Source: Folioceros fuciformis
Taxonomy: Eukaryota
Assembly (NCBI GenBank): GCA_049999805.1
Contig: JBNGIO010005800.1
Span: 1-64,000 of the forward strand
Reading direction: 5' to 3'
Length of the DNA: 64,000 nucleotides
Positions 29,401 to 39,753 of the stretch are shown here, piece after piece. Below the pieces are notes generated by a model, which was not told where the DNA came from, made no database searches, and saw only the letters and a list, made by a program, of their open reading frames with translations. The first letter of the stretch is position 1; each line of letters starts with the position of its first letter. The translations under genes were made by a program, and so were the position numbers.

Positions 29401-30672
29401 GCAAAGTGTGGTGGCCTAGAGGATGCTCAAAGCGTCTTTGACGGGCTTGTTCTAAAGAATCAGGTCACGTGGAGTGCCATCATAGCAGGATACTCCCAGC
29501 GCGATATGGGCCAGGAAGCCCTTTATCTATACAGGGCGATGCAAGAAGAAGGCATCGTTTCACTCGATTCTGTTATGTTTGTGTCCCTCCTCCAGGCATG
29601 TGCAAGTGTGGGCACCCCGGCTTTGGAGACGGGGAAAGAGCTTCATGGTCTTATAAGAGAACAATCACTTCAATCAGATGTGTTTATAGCCAACGGTTTG
29701 GTAGACATGTATTCAAAGTGTGGCAGCCTAGAGGAAGCTCAGGCCGTTTTTGACAGACATCATCAGAAAGATGCAGGAATGTGGAATGCTCTTATAGCAG
29801 GGTATTTCCATAAGGGTATGGGACAGGAAGCCCTTCGTCTTTACAGGAACATGCGAGAGGAAGGTAATGCACCGAACTCTACAACATTTGTGTGCCTCCT
29901 TCAGGCGTCTGCAAGCGTGGCGTCTTTACATCTAGGAAGGCAGCTTCATCTGCACCTTAAAGAGCAAGGTCTTCAATCTGATGTGCTCGTTGCTGGAAGT
30001 TTGATAAATATGTATGGGAAGTGCGGTAGCATGCATGATGCGCAGCAGGTGTTTGAGGAATTACCCAAAAGGGATATTGTCACTTGGAGTGCATTGATCG
30101 CAGGGTACACGCGTCAAGGGGACAGTGAGAAGGTATTTGACCTGGTTTCAAAAATGAGACAGGAGGGCATTCAGCCAGACGCTATCACGTTCCTTAGTAT
30201 ATTAACAGTATGCAGTCATACTGGTCTCGTGGCGAAGGGGCGACAGTACCTTGAGGACATGAGCAAACAAGATGGCATCATTCCCACAGCTGACCACTAC
30301 ACTTGCATGGTGGATCTTCTCGGCCGAGCAGGAGAACTTGACGAAGCGCTAGATTTAGTAAGGAAAATGCCTGTCCAGCCGGATGCTGCAGTGTGGCACA
30401 CTCTACTGGGTTCTTGTAGGAAGTGGAGCAACGTTGAGGTGGGACGCCATGCTTTTGAAGAAGCCCTGAAGCTAGACGAGGCAGATGCTGCAGCATATGT
30501 GTTGATGTCAAGTATTTATACTGGTGCCCAGATGTGGGAGCAGGCACAGGAGATGCAAGCGAAGAGAATAAGAACCAAGTCATGGAAGCAGCCAGGCGAG
30601 AGTTGGTGGACAGACATGGATGGATTGGTCCATAGTTTCTTGGTTGGTCATCCCGGGGGGAAAGAAGGATGA
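26491..30672 (+). CDS. PLS-class PPR RNA-editing factor, 1393 aa, about 9 PLS triplets plus E domain and PGESWW box, no DYW
   Basis: 312-nt (104-aa) periodic triplets (P motifs at 27901, 28213, 28525, 28837, 29149, 29461, 29773). Ends HYTCMVDLLGRAG...VWHTLLGSCRKW...KQPGESWWTDMDGLVHSFLVG then a stop shortly after. Tandem paralogue of 22747-25533. Confidence 0.94.
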   Translation: MLVSAGWYAAPGADIHKPQVSLMLCLPPWRLAGTFGKAPSCLIRRIIPLAEHGSSSARRPGRPRGSPAAEGGSPSEVHRQELPWRQFFRDATGLLDSRQRKRSSRSPDFSHRESQQVLRMEESQKPSRADAQLATLDVEMGHSALSSRGSQRDDGDFRRSALYGRGLKAEIVSRLCRQGKLSVAVEALGVLVQTDWCGDRSLFLMLLRECVGKKDLPLGRRVHALAVKKGSESDTFLCNHVLRMYASYARLEEAMDVFSKVAKLDAFTWSAIISAHVKHGQDKQALRLYYSMRSSRVKPDGHVFVAALQACARGADLKSGQQVHADLLASSIEPNLFVWNGLVDMYAKCGSLEDAQRVFDGLDEKDVVTWSAMIAGYSQKGMGLEALDLYKAMQDEGIVIPNSVTFVCLLQACASVGTAALEKGKQLHAQISERGLQADVVVGGSLVNMYAKCGSIEDARGVFDRLGQKNVVTWSAMIAGYSQQGMGQEALHLYKAMQEERIVAPDAVTFVSLLQACASVGTAALETGKKLHLKVKEQGLETDVFVSSSLVNMYAKCGSLEDAQSVFDVLREKNVVTWSAMITGYSQQGKGQQALQLHNAMLEKGFCGLDSVTFVCLLQACASVGHSALEKGKQLHAQIKEEGLQSDAFVASSLINMYAKCGSLVNAQSVFNKLGLKNVVVWNAMIAGYSQQGMGQEALCIYTTMEEEGMVAPNCVTFMSLLQACACLGPPALGKGKHLHAQIQTRSLQLDVLVASSLVNMYAKCNSLQDAREVFDGIVQKDVVTWSTMIAGYSQQGELQEALHLYCAMQEDQMVVPDSGTFVCLLQACASVGALALEKGKQLHVEIKERELQADEYVASSLVNMYAKCGSLEDARAVFDKLDQKSVVMWSAMIAGYSQQGMGQEALCLYGAMEEQEVVAPNSVTFVCLLQACASVGTPAFERGRHLHAQIREQGLQADVFVASSLVNMYAKCGGLEDAQSVFDGLVLKNQVTWSAIIAGYSQRDMGQEALYLYRAMQEEGIVSLDSVMFVSLLQACASVGTPALETGKELHGLIREQSLQSDVFIANGLVDMYSKCGSLEEAQAVFDRHHQKDAGMWNALIAGYFHKGMGQEALRLYRNMREEGNAPNSTTFVCLLQASASVASLHLGRQLHLHLKEQGLQSDVLVAGSLINMYGKCGSMHDAQQVFEELPKRDIVTWSALIAGYTRQGDSEKVFDLVSKMRQEGIQPDAITFLSILTVCSHTGLVAKGRQYLEDMSKQDGIIPTADHYTCMVDLLGRAGELDEALDLVRKMPVQPDAAVWHTLLGSCRKWSNVEVGRHAFEEALKLDEADAAAYVLMSSIYTGAQMWEQAQEMQAKRIRTKSWKQPGESWWTDMDGLVHSFLVGHPGGKEG

Positions 30673-31060
30673 GAGCGATGGAGAGATGTGGGGAATGAGA
30701 CACGCAGATGTCCTACGGGCAAATGGATATCGGCAAGTTGCCGATTTGAAACTCGAAATTTGCCGTTCGAACCTATATCAGATGGCTCGTGAGCTTTCTG
30801 GAGTTCATGTCCGTTTATCAGCTGTTTTCTTTCTGAAGTAAATTCTTAACCTCAGCCGCTTGTTTGTAGAAAAAACAATCCTGCAATTTGTTTCTAGAGT
30901 GATGTGCATTAATAGATCTCCCCACTTCGAAAGCACAGGCAGTGACAGTTGTCTCTGAGCTCTGCCGAGGTGCTAGAGACGCACATTCGTCATAACTGCC
31001 TCGGAGGGAAGCAAACCGGCCGTAGTAGTCGCCACAGCTGCTCGCGCCACGGACTCTCTC

Positions 31061-31333
31061 GTGCGAGACAGTGCTCTCTGGAAAGGTGAGTGGAAACTGA
31101 GAATCAGTGACCAAATCTTGCAGTTGCAGTGTAGCGAACTAGTGGCGCTGGCCGCAGCATCTACAGCTAGTATGGTGACTGCTGTGCTCATCAGACAGCG
31201 CGAAGAGAAGAGAGGTTACTATGACGATCTGGTACTGGAGTATCTCTACCTTGTCCATGATGTGCGAACCAAATTGAATCTCACCCATAGGGAGCTAGGC
31301 CCTGTTCTTTCCATGGCATCAGTGGTAGGTTAG
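31061..31333 (+). other. Possible orphan single-TM ORF or pseudogene related to 35233-35841
   Basis: Hydrophobic LVALAAASTASMVTAVLI, then RQREEKR and a helix that aligns by eye with the 35233 protein. No clear upstream ATG. Confidence 0.3.
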
Positions 31334-31627
31334 TATCACCCCGAGTGAAGGTGCGATCTCTGGTCTTCAGCTGGATCGCTGTCGGCATGGACATGGCGGA
31401 TTCCATAAGACGGCAATATGAGAGTATGTTGTGCTTTCAAAGTTGCGATTCTTACTATTTCCAATTCTTTGGAAGTGGTGATTCGTTTCATGAATGCTTT
31501 GATCGGCCATGAGAGATTTTCTTCCTACTTTACTATTACTATAGTTGGGAGTAAAAAAATATGTATTTATTTTAGAAAAAATCAGGAAGAGAAAGGGTTA
31601 CTACCACTGGAGTTACTGACATTGCCA

Positions 31628-31795
31628 ATGGCATTAGCCAACATTGTCTCTAACATGGCATTAGCCAACATTGTCTCTAACATGGCATTAGCCAATGTTG
31701 TCTTCCAATATATGGCATTAGCTAACATTGTCTTCCAATATATGGCATTAGGCAACATTGTCGTTCTTGTCATCCAATACATGGCCTTAGCCAAT
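31628..31795. repeat. 27/30/39-bp tandem repeat (atggcattagccaacattgtc core), about 6 units, in AT-rich probable TE debris
   Basis: Units start at 31628, 31655, 31682, 31712, 31742 and 31781. All unit lengths are multiples of 3. Confidence 0.9.
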
Positions 31796-33166
31796 GCTTG
31801 TTGTAGAATAATGAATGCTCTTTGCAAAAAAAATGTTATAATATATAAAAGAAGAAGACTAAGCCCATTTTCCCTATTGTGAACCGTCTTAGCATAACAC
31901 TTAAAAAACTTGGAAAATACCTTGCACATGGCCCTACGGGTCTCGATAAAGGTGTGTCTAGCCTGTAGAGTGTCGAGGGGTGTACTTGTGAACCTTGGAT
32001 GATGCACTTCCATCGTTTACTCAACCTAGAGAGTTGAGGACAACATGCTCGCTGACTATGACTCGTGTAGGGACAATTACGACCACATTAACAATAAAAA
32101 GTTTGTTGATCTTCTTGGACGAGGAAAAGGTCAACCCAAAGACAAACTCCCAACCAAACAACGGGCAAGATGAGTACTAGAGTTATTTAGAGGTGCCTCG
32201 CAATTGCTAGAAGAGGGAGAGCAGGCTAAAGGGTAGACCAAACCAAGGCAAAATCTCATCGCAGTATAAAATGTGGTTGGTGTGATTAGGAAAGCTTGGA
32301 TGCTAGGTCAAGCAAAGAGCCAAGAGCCTGCGCCCTTTCCTGGGCATGAACAAAGCCGCTCCATAACGGGGTTGGGGATAGAAGAATATAGAAGAAGATT
32401 AAGTTGCATCTGCGTGTATTTCTTCTCAAAAACAGAAGCTTGGAGCCCCTGAATTCCCACCACAAGAAGAGATGAAAATTAAGGCATAGCAATCCTAGCT
32501 GGAAAAGAAAGAGAGTCCTTAGCCGATCTTTGGGATACCTACAAAGGGAGGACACCCTTCTCAACACCAAGCACAAAATATATGTATACTTTCAAACATA
32601 GTATGTGGTAAGGCCTTTTTCACAAGCCTTGTCTATTGGAACTTGAAATACTTGAAATCTTCTGATTACCTCTTTCCTCTATTTGTATGTATGTATAATT
32701 GTTTTTCTTTAGGTTAGGTGTACTACAAAAATATGTATGCTATTCTAAAGATGATCATGGGTAATCTTGTGTGATATAAATCATACTTGGAATGAAACTA
32801 ATTTTTCATAGAGCAGAGCTTTTAAGATTAAAAAAAAAATGTGGTTTCAAAAACTCTTCCAAGCAAATCACTAGCAACGGAATGCGTTCCTTTAGTGGAG
32901 CATGGTTTGCTTGGATTGCAGAGTTTTTGTAGATTTGGGTGAGAACACTTAGTGACACAGCTCACAGCGCGTTTTGGTTCAGGTGCTAACACTCGTTCGA
33001 AGTGACATTGCGGCCGGTAACCCAGGCTGCCAGACTCGCTGCCGCCGCTCTGGGGGGCGAGGGGTCTCAATCTCTGGACTGCGATTCGGGCACTCCGGAA
33101 GGTCCCGAGCCCGGGGCGCTGGTCCAGGCCCCGGCGGTGCCACACCTGGCAGTTGGAATCGCGGAC

Positions 33167-34787
33167 ATGAGAGGTGTTGCAGCCGGGTGAGTGCACTGGC
33201 AGACGGGCGTGCCAGCATCCACTGATTCGCAGAGGAAACCTGAAAATTTGGTGCAAGGCGGCGGCGCTCAGGCTGCTCGGCAGAAAGATTCCGGAGCAGT
33301 CGGAAATATTGTTGTGTGCGATCGTGCACTTCCGGTGTGTTCCCTTCTGTAGAGTTATGGTGGCGAAAAAGACGGAAAGCGAGCAGAGTGTTGAGTTTCT
33401 GCCATTTCCAAATGAGCTCTGGTCGGTGGTGACAGTAAGAGCCTCCACTGCTTGCCGCTCAGCCACAAGAATGCTACGCTGTTGCAATCTGAAGCATGCT
33501 GCAGGGGCGAGGCTTTCTTCTTCTAACTTTGTCGTGCGCGCTATATAGGTTGGAGCAGACAGCCGAGCACTTCGAGAATTTGCAAGTGGTGCGCTTTCAG
33601 GAGCTTTGTCCAAGACGTTTGTTGCTCCTCTGGAAACTGTGAGGTAACCACGTGTACTATGCTGAAATCTTACTTCGATGACCGCAGATTGAGCTTCTTG
33701 CGCAGCTGCTGACAAGAAATGAAAAAAAACTGTGGCAAGCGGATGTGTGAGACGCTTATTGAGTGGACAAATTGGCAGGACCCGGCTGATTGTGGGTGTT
33801 GGACCAAAGAGCATCGGTGGCAGTCTTAAGGAAATACTACGAGAGCAGGGCTGGCGGGGCTTGTTTGCCGGGAACGGGATCAACGCATTTAGGACTGCTC
33901 CCGGTCAAGCAGTCGAGCTCTCCACATACGAGGCAGTGAAGCGCCATCTCCAGAGCTTCCAGGACCATTGGAGTCGAACGGGGCCACCGCAGATGCGCTT
34001 GCTTGGCCACAGTGTGGACATTCCAGTTTCCTTGATATCTGCTCCAGTGGTGGCCGGTGCCGTTGCCGGGGTTGTCAGCACCCTTTCCTGCTACCCCCTG
34101 GAAGTGCTCAAGGTTAGCTCTTGATTCATAACCTTGTTAATAAAACCTTCACATCACTAGGGTGATTTGCACTGCTTTGGTTCATGGCGAGTTTCTCATC
34201 TCGACTGCAGGACCGTTTTACTGTACATACAGGTGCCTACCAGAGCATTTGGCACGCTCTCGGAACGATAATTCGTGAGGAAGGAGTACGGGCCATGTAC
34301 AGGGGGCTTACTCCAACCATGGTTGGTCTGGTCCCTTACTGTGCATCCTACTATGCTCTCTACGATAGCCTCACATTAGGATATAAGAGCCGAGCAGAGA
34401 AGAAACATTTGGCACCCTGGGAAACTCTCTTTATTGGAGCTTTCGCGGGTACACTTACTCTCTCACCCTTTGCTGGGCTGTTTTCCATCCCTTGAAGTTT
34501 GGACTGTTGTCCTTGACCGTGGTGTCTGCTCACGTACAGGCCTTGGCTCCAGCGTCGCTACGTTTCCTTTGGAAGTCGCCAGGAAACGGCTGATTGTGGG
34601 GAGATTTCCAACTGGAAGGATACCACCTAACATGGTGAAAGTTCTGGTGCATGTGTTTCGAAAAGAAGGGCTGAGGGGCTGGTACAGAGGTGTAGGAGTT
34701 AGCTGTTTGAAAGTGATGCCCTCTTCTGGACTATCGTGGATGATTTACGAAGCATGCAAAGACGCGCTTCATGTCTGTCGAGACTAA
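33167..34787 (+). CDS. BTL1: Mitochondrial carrier family adenine-nucleotide transporter, BTL1 (Brittle-1-like)
   Basis: Firm exons 33549-33643, 33779-34112, 34211-34448 and 34540-34787; probable upstream exons 33167-33186 and 33353-33434. Three PxExx[RK] signatures (APLETVR, YPLEVLK, FPLEVAR), plus REFASGALSG, RTRLIVGVG and SCLKVMPSSG. Confidence 0.9.
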
Positions 34788-35232
34788 TAAACATTGCACT
34801 CTCAAACCGGATACACCACCGTGACGCCAAAAATTTTCGACTATGGATGGCCCTTGGAAATCAATTGTGTTCTTTTGGCAGCTAGTTTCCGGGCTTGTGA
34901 CGGAGTTTAAGCCCGTTTTCCCTGGGAGATTTTATTTGTCTCACATGGTAGCATAGTTCTTTGCCGTCCCATAAAGGCCGCTAAACTTTCTCTTCTTAGC
35001 CCTGCAATTATATATTCAGTATGTACAAGGGAAGGAAAAGACGTTCTAGACTCTTCCTCGGTCTTACAGGGCCTATAATTTGCACACAGTGACCATTACA
35101 GGCTGAATTTCAGTCAGCCACAGCACATGCCTCCCACAGTGCTCGGCAATCGCACATCCGCCTTGGACCTCGTTCACTCAGGCCGAAGGTTAACGCTCGT
35201 CTTGGAAGAAGCTCTTCAAAGGAGACGAGAAG

Positions 35233-35841
35233 ATGGGCGTGTTGCAGAATCTGCTCCTCTGTGATAAGCGGGAACCTGGAGCGCTGCTTTGGACGGTATT
35301 GGCCACAATAAGTGTTACGACATGTGCCGTTTATCTGCGGACTCTGTGGAGGATGCGTGAGTACGAGAGGAGAATGTCCCTCGTCGTGTCTGAGAACGGA
35401 CTTCTAGCGCAGTTGACAGACTGTGTGATGGATATCCACAGCACCCTGGACAGCATCGTGACGGTCATGAAACCAAACCTTCCAATGAAAGCGGTCCACG
35501 ACCTCCACAAGGCGAGCGAAGAAAATGAAAAGTTCCTCGACGAGATGGCAGCTCCAATCAAGGTGCGGTTCCTGTTCTCTCTTCAAGGTCGTGCGACTCC
35601 GGTCTTGAAAGTTTTGCGGTGATCTCCGGATCATCGGTATGAGCATAGAATCGCTGAAGTGCGAGGCTCTTGTTGGAGAGCGAAGAAATCTGTGCTCGAT
35701 TACCCCGCATTTATACGGTGTTTTTCCTTGCTCGCTCTGTCCTTTCAGTTTCAAGTCACTGAAAACTCTGAGCAGGATGAGAGCGAGTTCAACTACCATG
35801 CAGTACAAGTTGAGCCACAATTCAGTACATATTGGAATTGA
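35233..35841 (+). CDS. Hypothetical ~140-aa single-TM protein, 2 exons
   Basis: ATG at 35233; exon to 35562 (AAG|GT); polypyrimidine acceptor cctttcag; exon 35749-35841 in frame. N-terminal TM (ALLWTVLATISVTTCAVYL), helical middle, acidic tail. Confidence 0.55.
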
Positions 35842-37067
35842 CGACTATAAGGGATGTCTGTTTCCGGAAGATGATCCGCTCAAGATCTGATTGCTTCTCC
35901 TGTTTTCGACAGTCGCGATCTGATATTCGAAGAACTTCCGGCAGGCAGAAAGATCTGCAGTCAAGCTGCTTTCATCTGTTGTATGTGATACTAGCAAGAT
36001 CGTTGTAGGGACGGTGCAATTCTTGAGTTCTGACTGCGACTTCTTGCTTTATGTGAAATTGCCCTTGCGTTTTTAAATTCAAGAATCTCTTCTTTGGCAC
36101 TCACCAGCTTTTGAGCACTGAATGCATTGAATTCCGTTGATTGACTTGTCGTAGATAGCTCGCCGATTTTATCACACTTCACTGAAGTTTACACGAATCA
36201 TGATTCCCCGTCTGTGTCTCTACCTCCAAGTGGGACAATGGTTGTTTGAGTGACAGGAGGCTCAGTTCGAAGCACCGATCGGCAGACAGTTCAACAGCTG
36301 GAAATGAGACATGCGCTTCAAAGTGGAAGCGTCGACTCCTCACTAATTACTAACTCAGTCTGACGGATACCTACATGTGCTTGCAGATTGCTAGTTTTTC
36401 ACGTCTTCTGTTGGATGCAGTGTTCCCGCTCGTTGCACAGGCAACAGAACCTATACCGCTGGGCAGCAGAGGCACTCAAGCCTGCAGGGCAGAGGTGGAG
36501 AATGCCATGGTAAGCACCCTCCCCTCGCCTTCATCTACAGGACAATATCCGCCTCGTACAGAGGAAGAGGAATCTCAAGAAAGAGAACTTGCAAACACCA
36601 CGACAAAGCAGCACATGTTTGCAGGATCCGTTAATCGATCGCGACTTTTAGTTTTTTTTTTTCCCGTTGCTGCTCAAGGACTGCACATGCGAAATATATA
36701 TACATAAAATATTTGTCATAATGATTATATATTTATGCAAGTATTATTTAATCATATATTAATATATAAAATACTATAATATCAACAATAAGATATTGTA
36801 TGATCCATTAGCTTGAAGACATGCTACGTGCGGGATACCGGTGTGTGCTCCCAGAGGTTGATTGATAGTCAAATTTGATTCGCCCTACATCCTAAAATTA
36901 GGTTTAGATTTGAGGTAGCGAACGTCTGGTGTAGCGTCGCGTACTGTATCGGGCTGGTAATGCGTCCTTATAGCAGCCTTATCTTACATGGAGTGTTTGG
37001 GTTATGTTTTATTATGATTTTGTAAGCGTTTCCCATGCGGCCAGTTGTATGGTTGAATGCTAGTTGA

Positions 37068-38684
37068 ATGGCGGGGAGCAGCAGTGTGCACGCGGCCATG
37101 GCCGCCTGCACAGGCTGCGCGCTCGTCTCGTCGCGCTGCAGCTGGGAGCCGTCCGTGCCGCTGCATTTATCCGCCATCTCTCGCGCGCGCCTGCGTTGCC
37201 CGGGCGGCTGGGCTGGTGGCTCAACCCGCCTGCATTTCTGCTGGAAAGCCCCGAGACCTCAGGCGTGCGCAGGTTCCTCTCCATCCCGGTCTCCATCTTC
37301 ATCGCCGTCCCCGTCGCGGTCCCGGGCCCGGCAGGAAGCGCTGTCCGGGCTGTTGAGCAATGTGAAGCCTGGCGCAGTAGCGGGAGCGGCGGCGGCGGCG
37401 GGAGTCGGAGTCGCTGCCATCATTCTCCTGTCCTGCCTGCTGCACAAGGGGCCTGCTTCCGCCCGGCTCGCCAATGCTGCGGTCGCCAGAGTCGCCAATT
37501 CAGCTTCCCGCAACGCGGGTGTGGCAGGTGATGGCCGGGATGCTGCCCCGGCCATAATGCCGGTCCCGGCGGCCTGTTCGTCCGCTTTCTTCGTGCACGG
37601 GGCGGCTCGGGAGGCGGCGGACGTGCCCCCGGCCTACTCCATGCTCGTGGTGGGGGACCCCGTGGCGGGGAGCGTCGTGCGGAACCGGGTCTCGGTTTTT
37701 GTGGCCTCCAAAAAACAGGAGCAGGAGGTGGAGGAGGGGGAAGGGGAGGACGAGGCGTTTGCAGTGTGGTTGGAGGCGGTGAAGGATGATGCTGCCAAGC
37801 TCGGGGTTAGTAGGGAGATTTTGGAGTCGGCGCTGGAAGGGGTGACGGTGTCGCGGAAGATTCTCTTCTTGAAGGAGAATCAGCCGGAAGTGAAGCTCTC
37901 GGCGCAGGAGTATCTCGGGCGGATGGTGAGCGAGTACAGGGTTGCCAAAGGAGTCACGTCTTTTCTGGAGAATGAGGAGTTGCTGCAGCAGGTGGCTTCG
38001 ACGTATGGTGTTCCTGCGCCTGTGCTGGCAGCCATCTGGGGGGTGGAGAGTAGCTATGGTGGCTTTCCGGGGAACTGGGATGTGATTCAGGCTCTTGTTA
38101 CCATGGCTTACAAGGGGGAGAAGGATCCCAGGCGGGCTGCGTATTTTCGGCGGCAGGTGATAGATGCTCTTCTTATCATGCATGAGGGGCACGGTCCGCC
38201 TGGGGGGAAGAGGCTGGTGGGGTCTTGGGCTGGGGCTATGGGGCAATGCCAGTTCATGCCTGATAGCTTTCTCAAGTTCGCCGTGGATTATGATGGGGAT
38301 GGGAGGAAGGACATTTGGGAGTCCCGACCTGATGTCTTTGCATCCATGGCTAATTTTCTCTCGCAGCATGGATGGAAGGAAGGGGCTCCCATTGCACAGA
38401 AGGTTGTGGTTCCTAAGAAGATAGACAAGGCCGTGTTAGGGCTGAATGTGAAGAAGCCCGTGAGAGAGTGGAAGCGGAAGTATAGCATTTCTAAGGCAGA
38501 AGGGGAACCAGAGTTGCTTCAGGATGACATGGTGAGTCTGGTGGCGCCGGATGGCCCCTCCGGTGTCGCATATTTGGTGTGTGACAACTTCCGGACCATC
38601 ATGCGGTACAACCCCTCGTCTTTGTACTCTCTAGCCATCCTCCAGCTGGCCCAATTGATTTCCCAAAGGTCAGGGAGGCTGTAG
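37068..38684 (+). CDS. mltB: MltB-family (SLT_2/GH103) lytic murein transglycosylase with transit-peptide-like leader and TM anchor, intronless, 538 aa
   Basis: NQPE, YGVPAPVLAAIWGVESSYG (catalytic Glu), RRAAYF, GSWAGAMGQCQFMPDSF, EF-hand-like AVDYDGDGRKDIW, ASMANFL..HGW and NFRTIMRYNPSSLYSLAI. N-terminal ~90 aa is Ser/Arg/Ala-rich, followed by AVAGAAAAAGVGVAAIILLSCLL. Confidence 0.93.
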   Translation: MAGSSSVHAAMAACTGCALVSSRCSWEPSVPLHLSAISRARLRCPGGWAGGSTRLHFCWKAPRPQACAGSSPSRSPSSSPSPSRSRARQEALSGLLSNVKPGAVAGAAAAAGVGVAAIILLSCLLHKGPASARLANAAVARVANSASRNAGVAGDGRDAAPAIMPVPAACSSAFFVHGAAREAADVPPAYSMLVVGDPVAGSVVRNRVSVFVASKKQEQEVEEGEGEDEAFAVWLEAVKDDAAKLGVSREILESALEGVTVSRKILFLKENQPEVKLSAQEYLGRMVSEYRVAKGVTSFLENEELLQQVASTYGVPAPVLAAIWGVESSYGGFPGNWDVIQALVTMAYKGEKDPRRAAYFRRQVIDALLIMHEGHGPPGGKRLVGSWAGAMGQCQFMPDSFLKFAVDYDGDGRKDIWESRPDVFASMANFLSQHGWKEGAPIAQKVVVPKKIDKAVLGLNVKKPVREWKRKYSISKAEGEPELLQDDMVSLVAPDGPSGVAYLVCDNFRTIMRYNPSSLYSLAILQLAQLISQRSGRL

Positions 38685-39753
38685 CACTCATGTACTACTA
38701 CCGAAGCTCCCGAAGTCTATTCATGCCAAGATTTGGAGACACTCTACTGTCCGGGGATGGTTGCCATAACTACTGCACCAACTATGGCATCGGTGTGGCC
38801 TGCCCACGTGTTGTCATGCATCACTTCCTCCCTTCATGGGTTGAAGTCAATCCTGGCTGTGCAAGCTACTTGGCAATCAACCTCCCTGCAGGCTTGGAGA
38901 AAGTGGGAGAGCCTTCTGGATATGTCATCACCTCATCAGCCCCTCTGTTCTGATTCAAGATGGTCCTCCAAATTAGAAGCGTTTTGGGGTTTGCTCATGC
39001 CCGGGGCATGCCTTGTGCTGGTGTTCATTCTGCTTCACACTGTTGTTGTGGCTGTGGAGTCCATGTCCTTCGGCTTTTTCCCCGTGGTGCTGCGATTGCA
39101 GCCAAAAGAACCTCGTAGTTGAGGGTTGCAGCTTTTCTGGAACAGTTCTAATTGGTGCCCGTGAGGTCGAGCTGCAGTTCTCCGGCAACAAGGGAGGAAC
39201 TCCCTTTCTCCTGACTTCCTTCCGACATGGGCAGGCGTCCTTGGGACGTCGGACAGTTGGCAGTTGCCTCCCACCCTTTTGGACATGGACATCAGGAATG
39301 TATCATTTTCTCAGCTTTCACCTTTTGTTCCGTTTCAAGGGGAAAGTGGGACGCCTAACTAGATGAAGATTGTTAGGTGCGTGATATACCTACCCATAAC
39401 TTTATTGAACTATCTCAGTACCTCATGCTAATCGTTTAAGGCAAAACAGCAAATCTGCTCCTGAGTGAACATTTTCGCCTCATGGGCGTACTACGCAACC
39501 TCTTGTTCAGTATAAATTCAGAGATGCCGTTGTAGAATTAATCGATAATAGATTCTGATGGGTAGAATTTCTCAGATCTCGTCTCATCGGCTGTCACCTG
39601 ATCCTTCGTTATCAGTGTAAAGGGTAGGCAACGTGATAGCTTGCTGTTGTCTCGTGAACAATCCTAAAGCCTCAACTACGTTGGCTTTGTGTTATTGTAA
39701 TTGTACAGTTTTTATTTAACAAATTATTTAAGTTTACATTGGTTTGTACGTGT

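Noticed and set aside
32828-33883. 351-aa minus-strand ORF
   Set aside because: Antisense shadow of the BTL1 5' exons and introns, with no domain-like composition.
37068-38684. MltB as bacterial contamination
   Set aside because: It has a long eukaryote-style leader, no operon neighbours, no adjacent N gap, and plant genes and a nuclear tRNA on either side.
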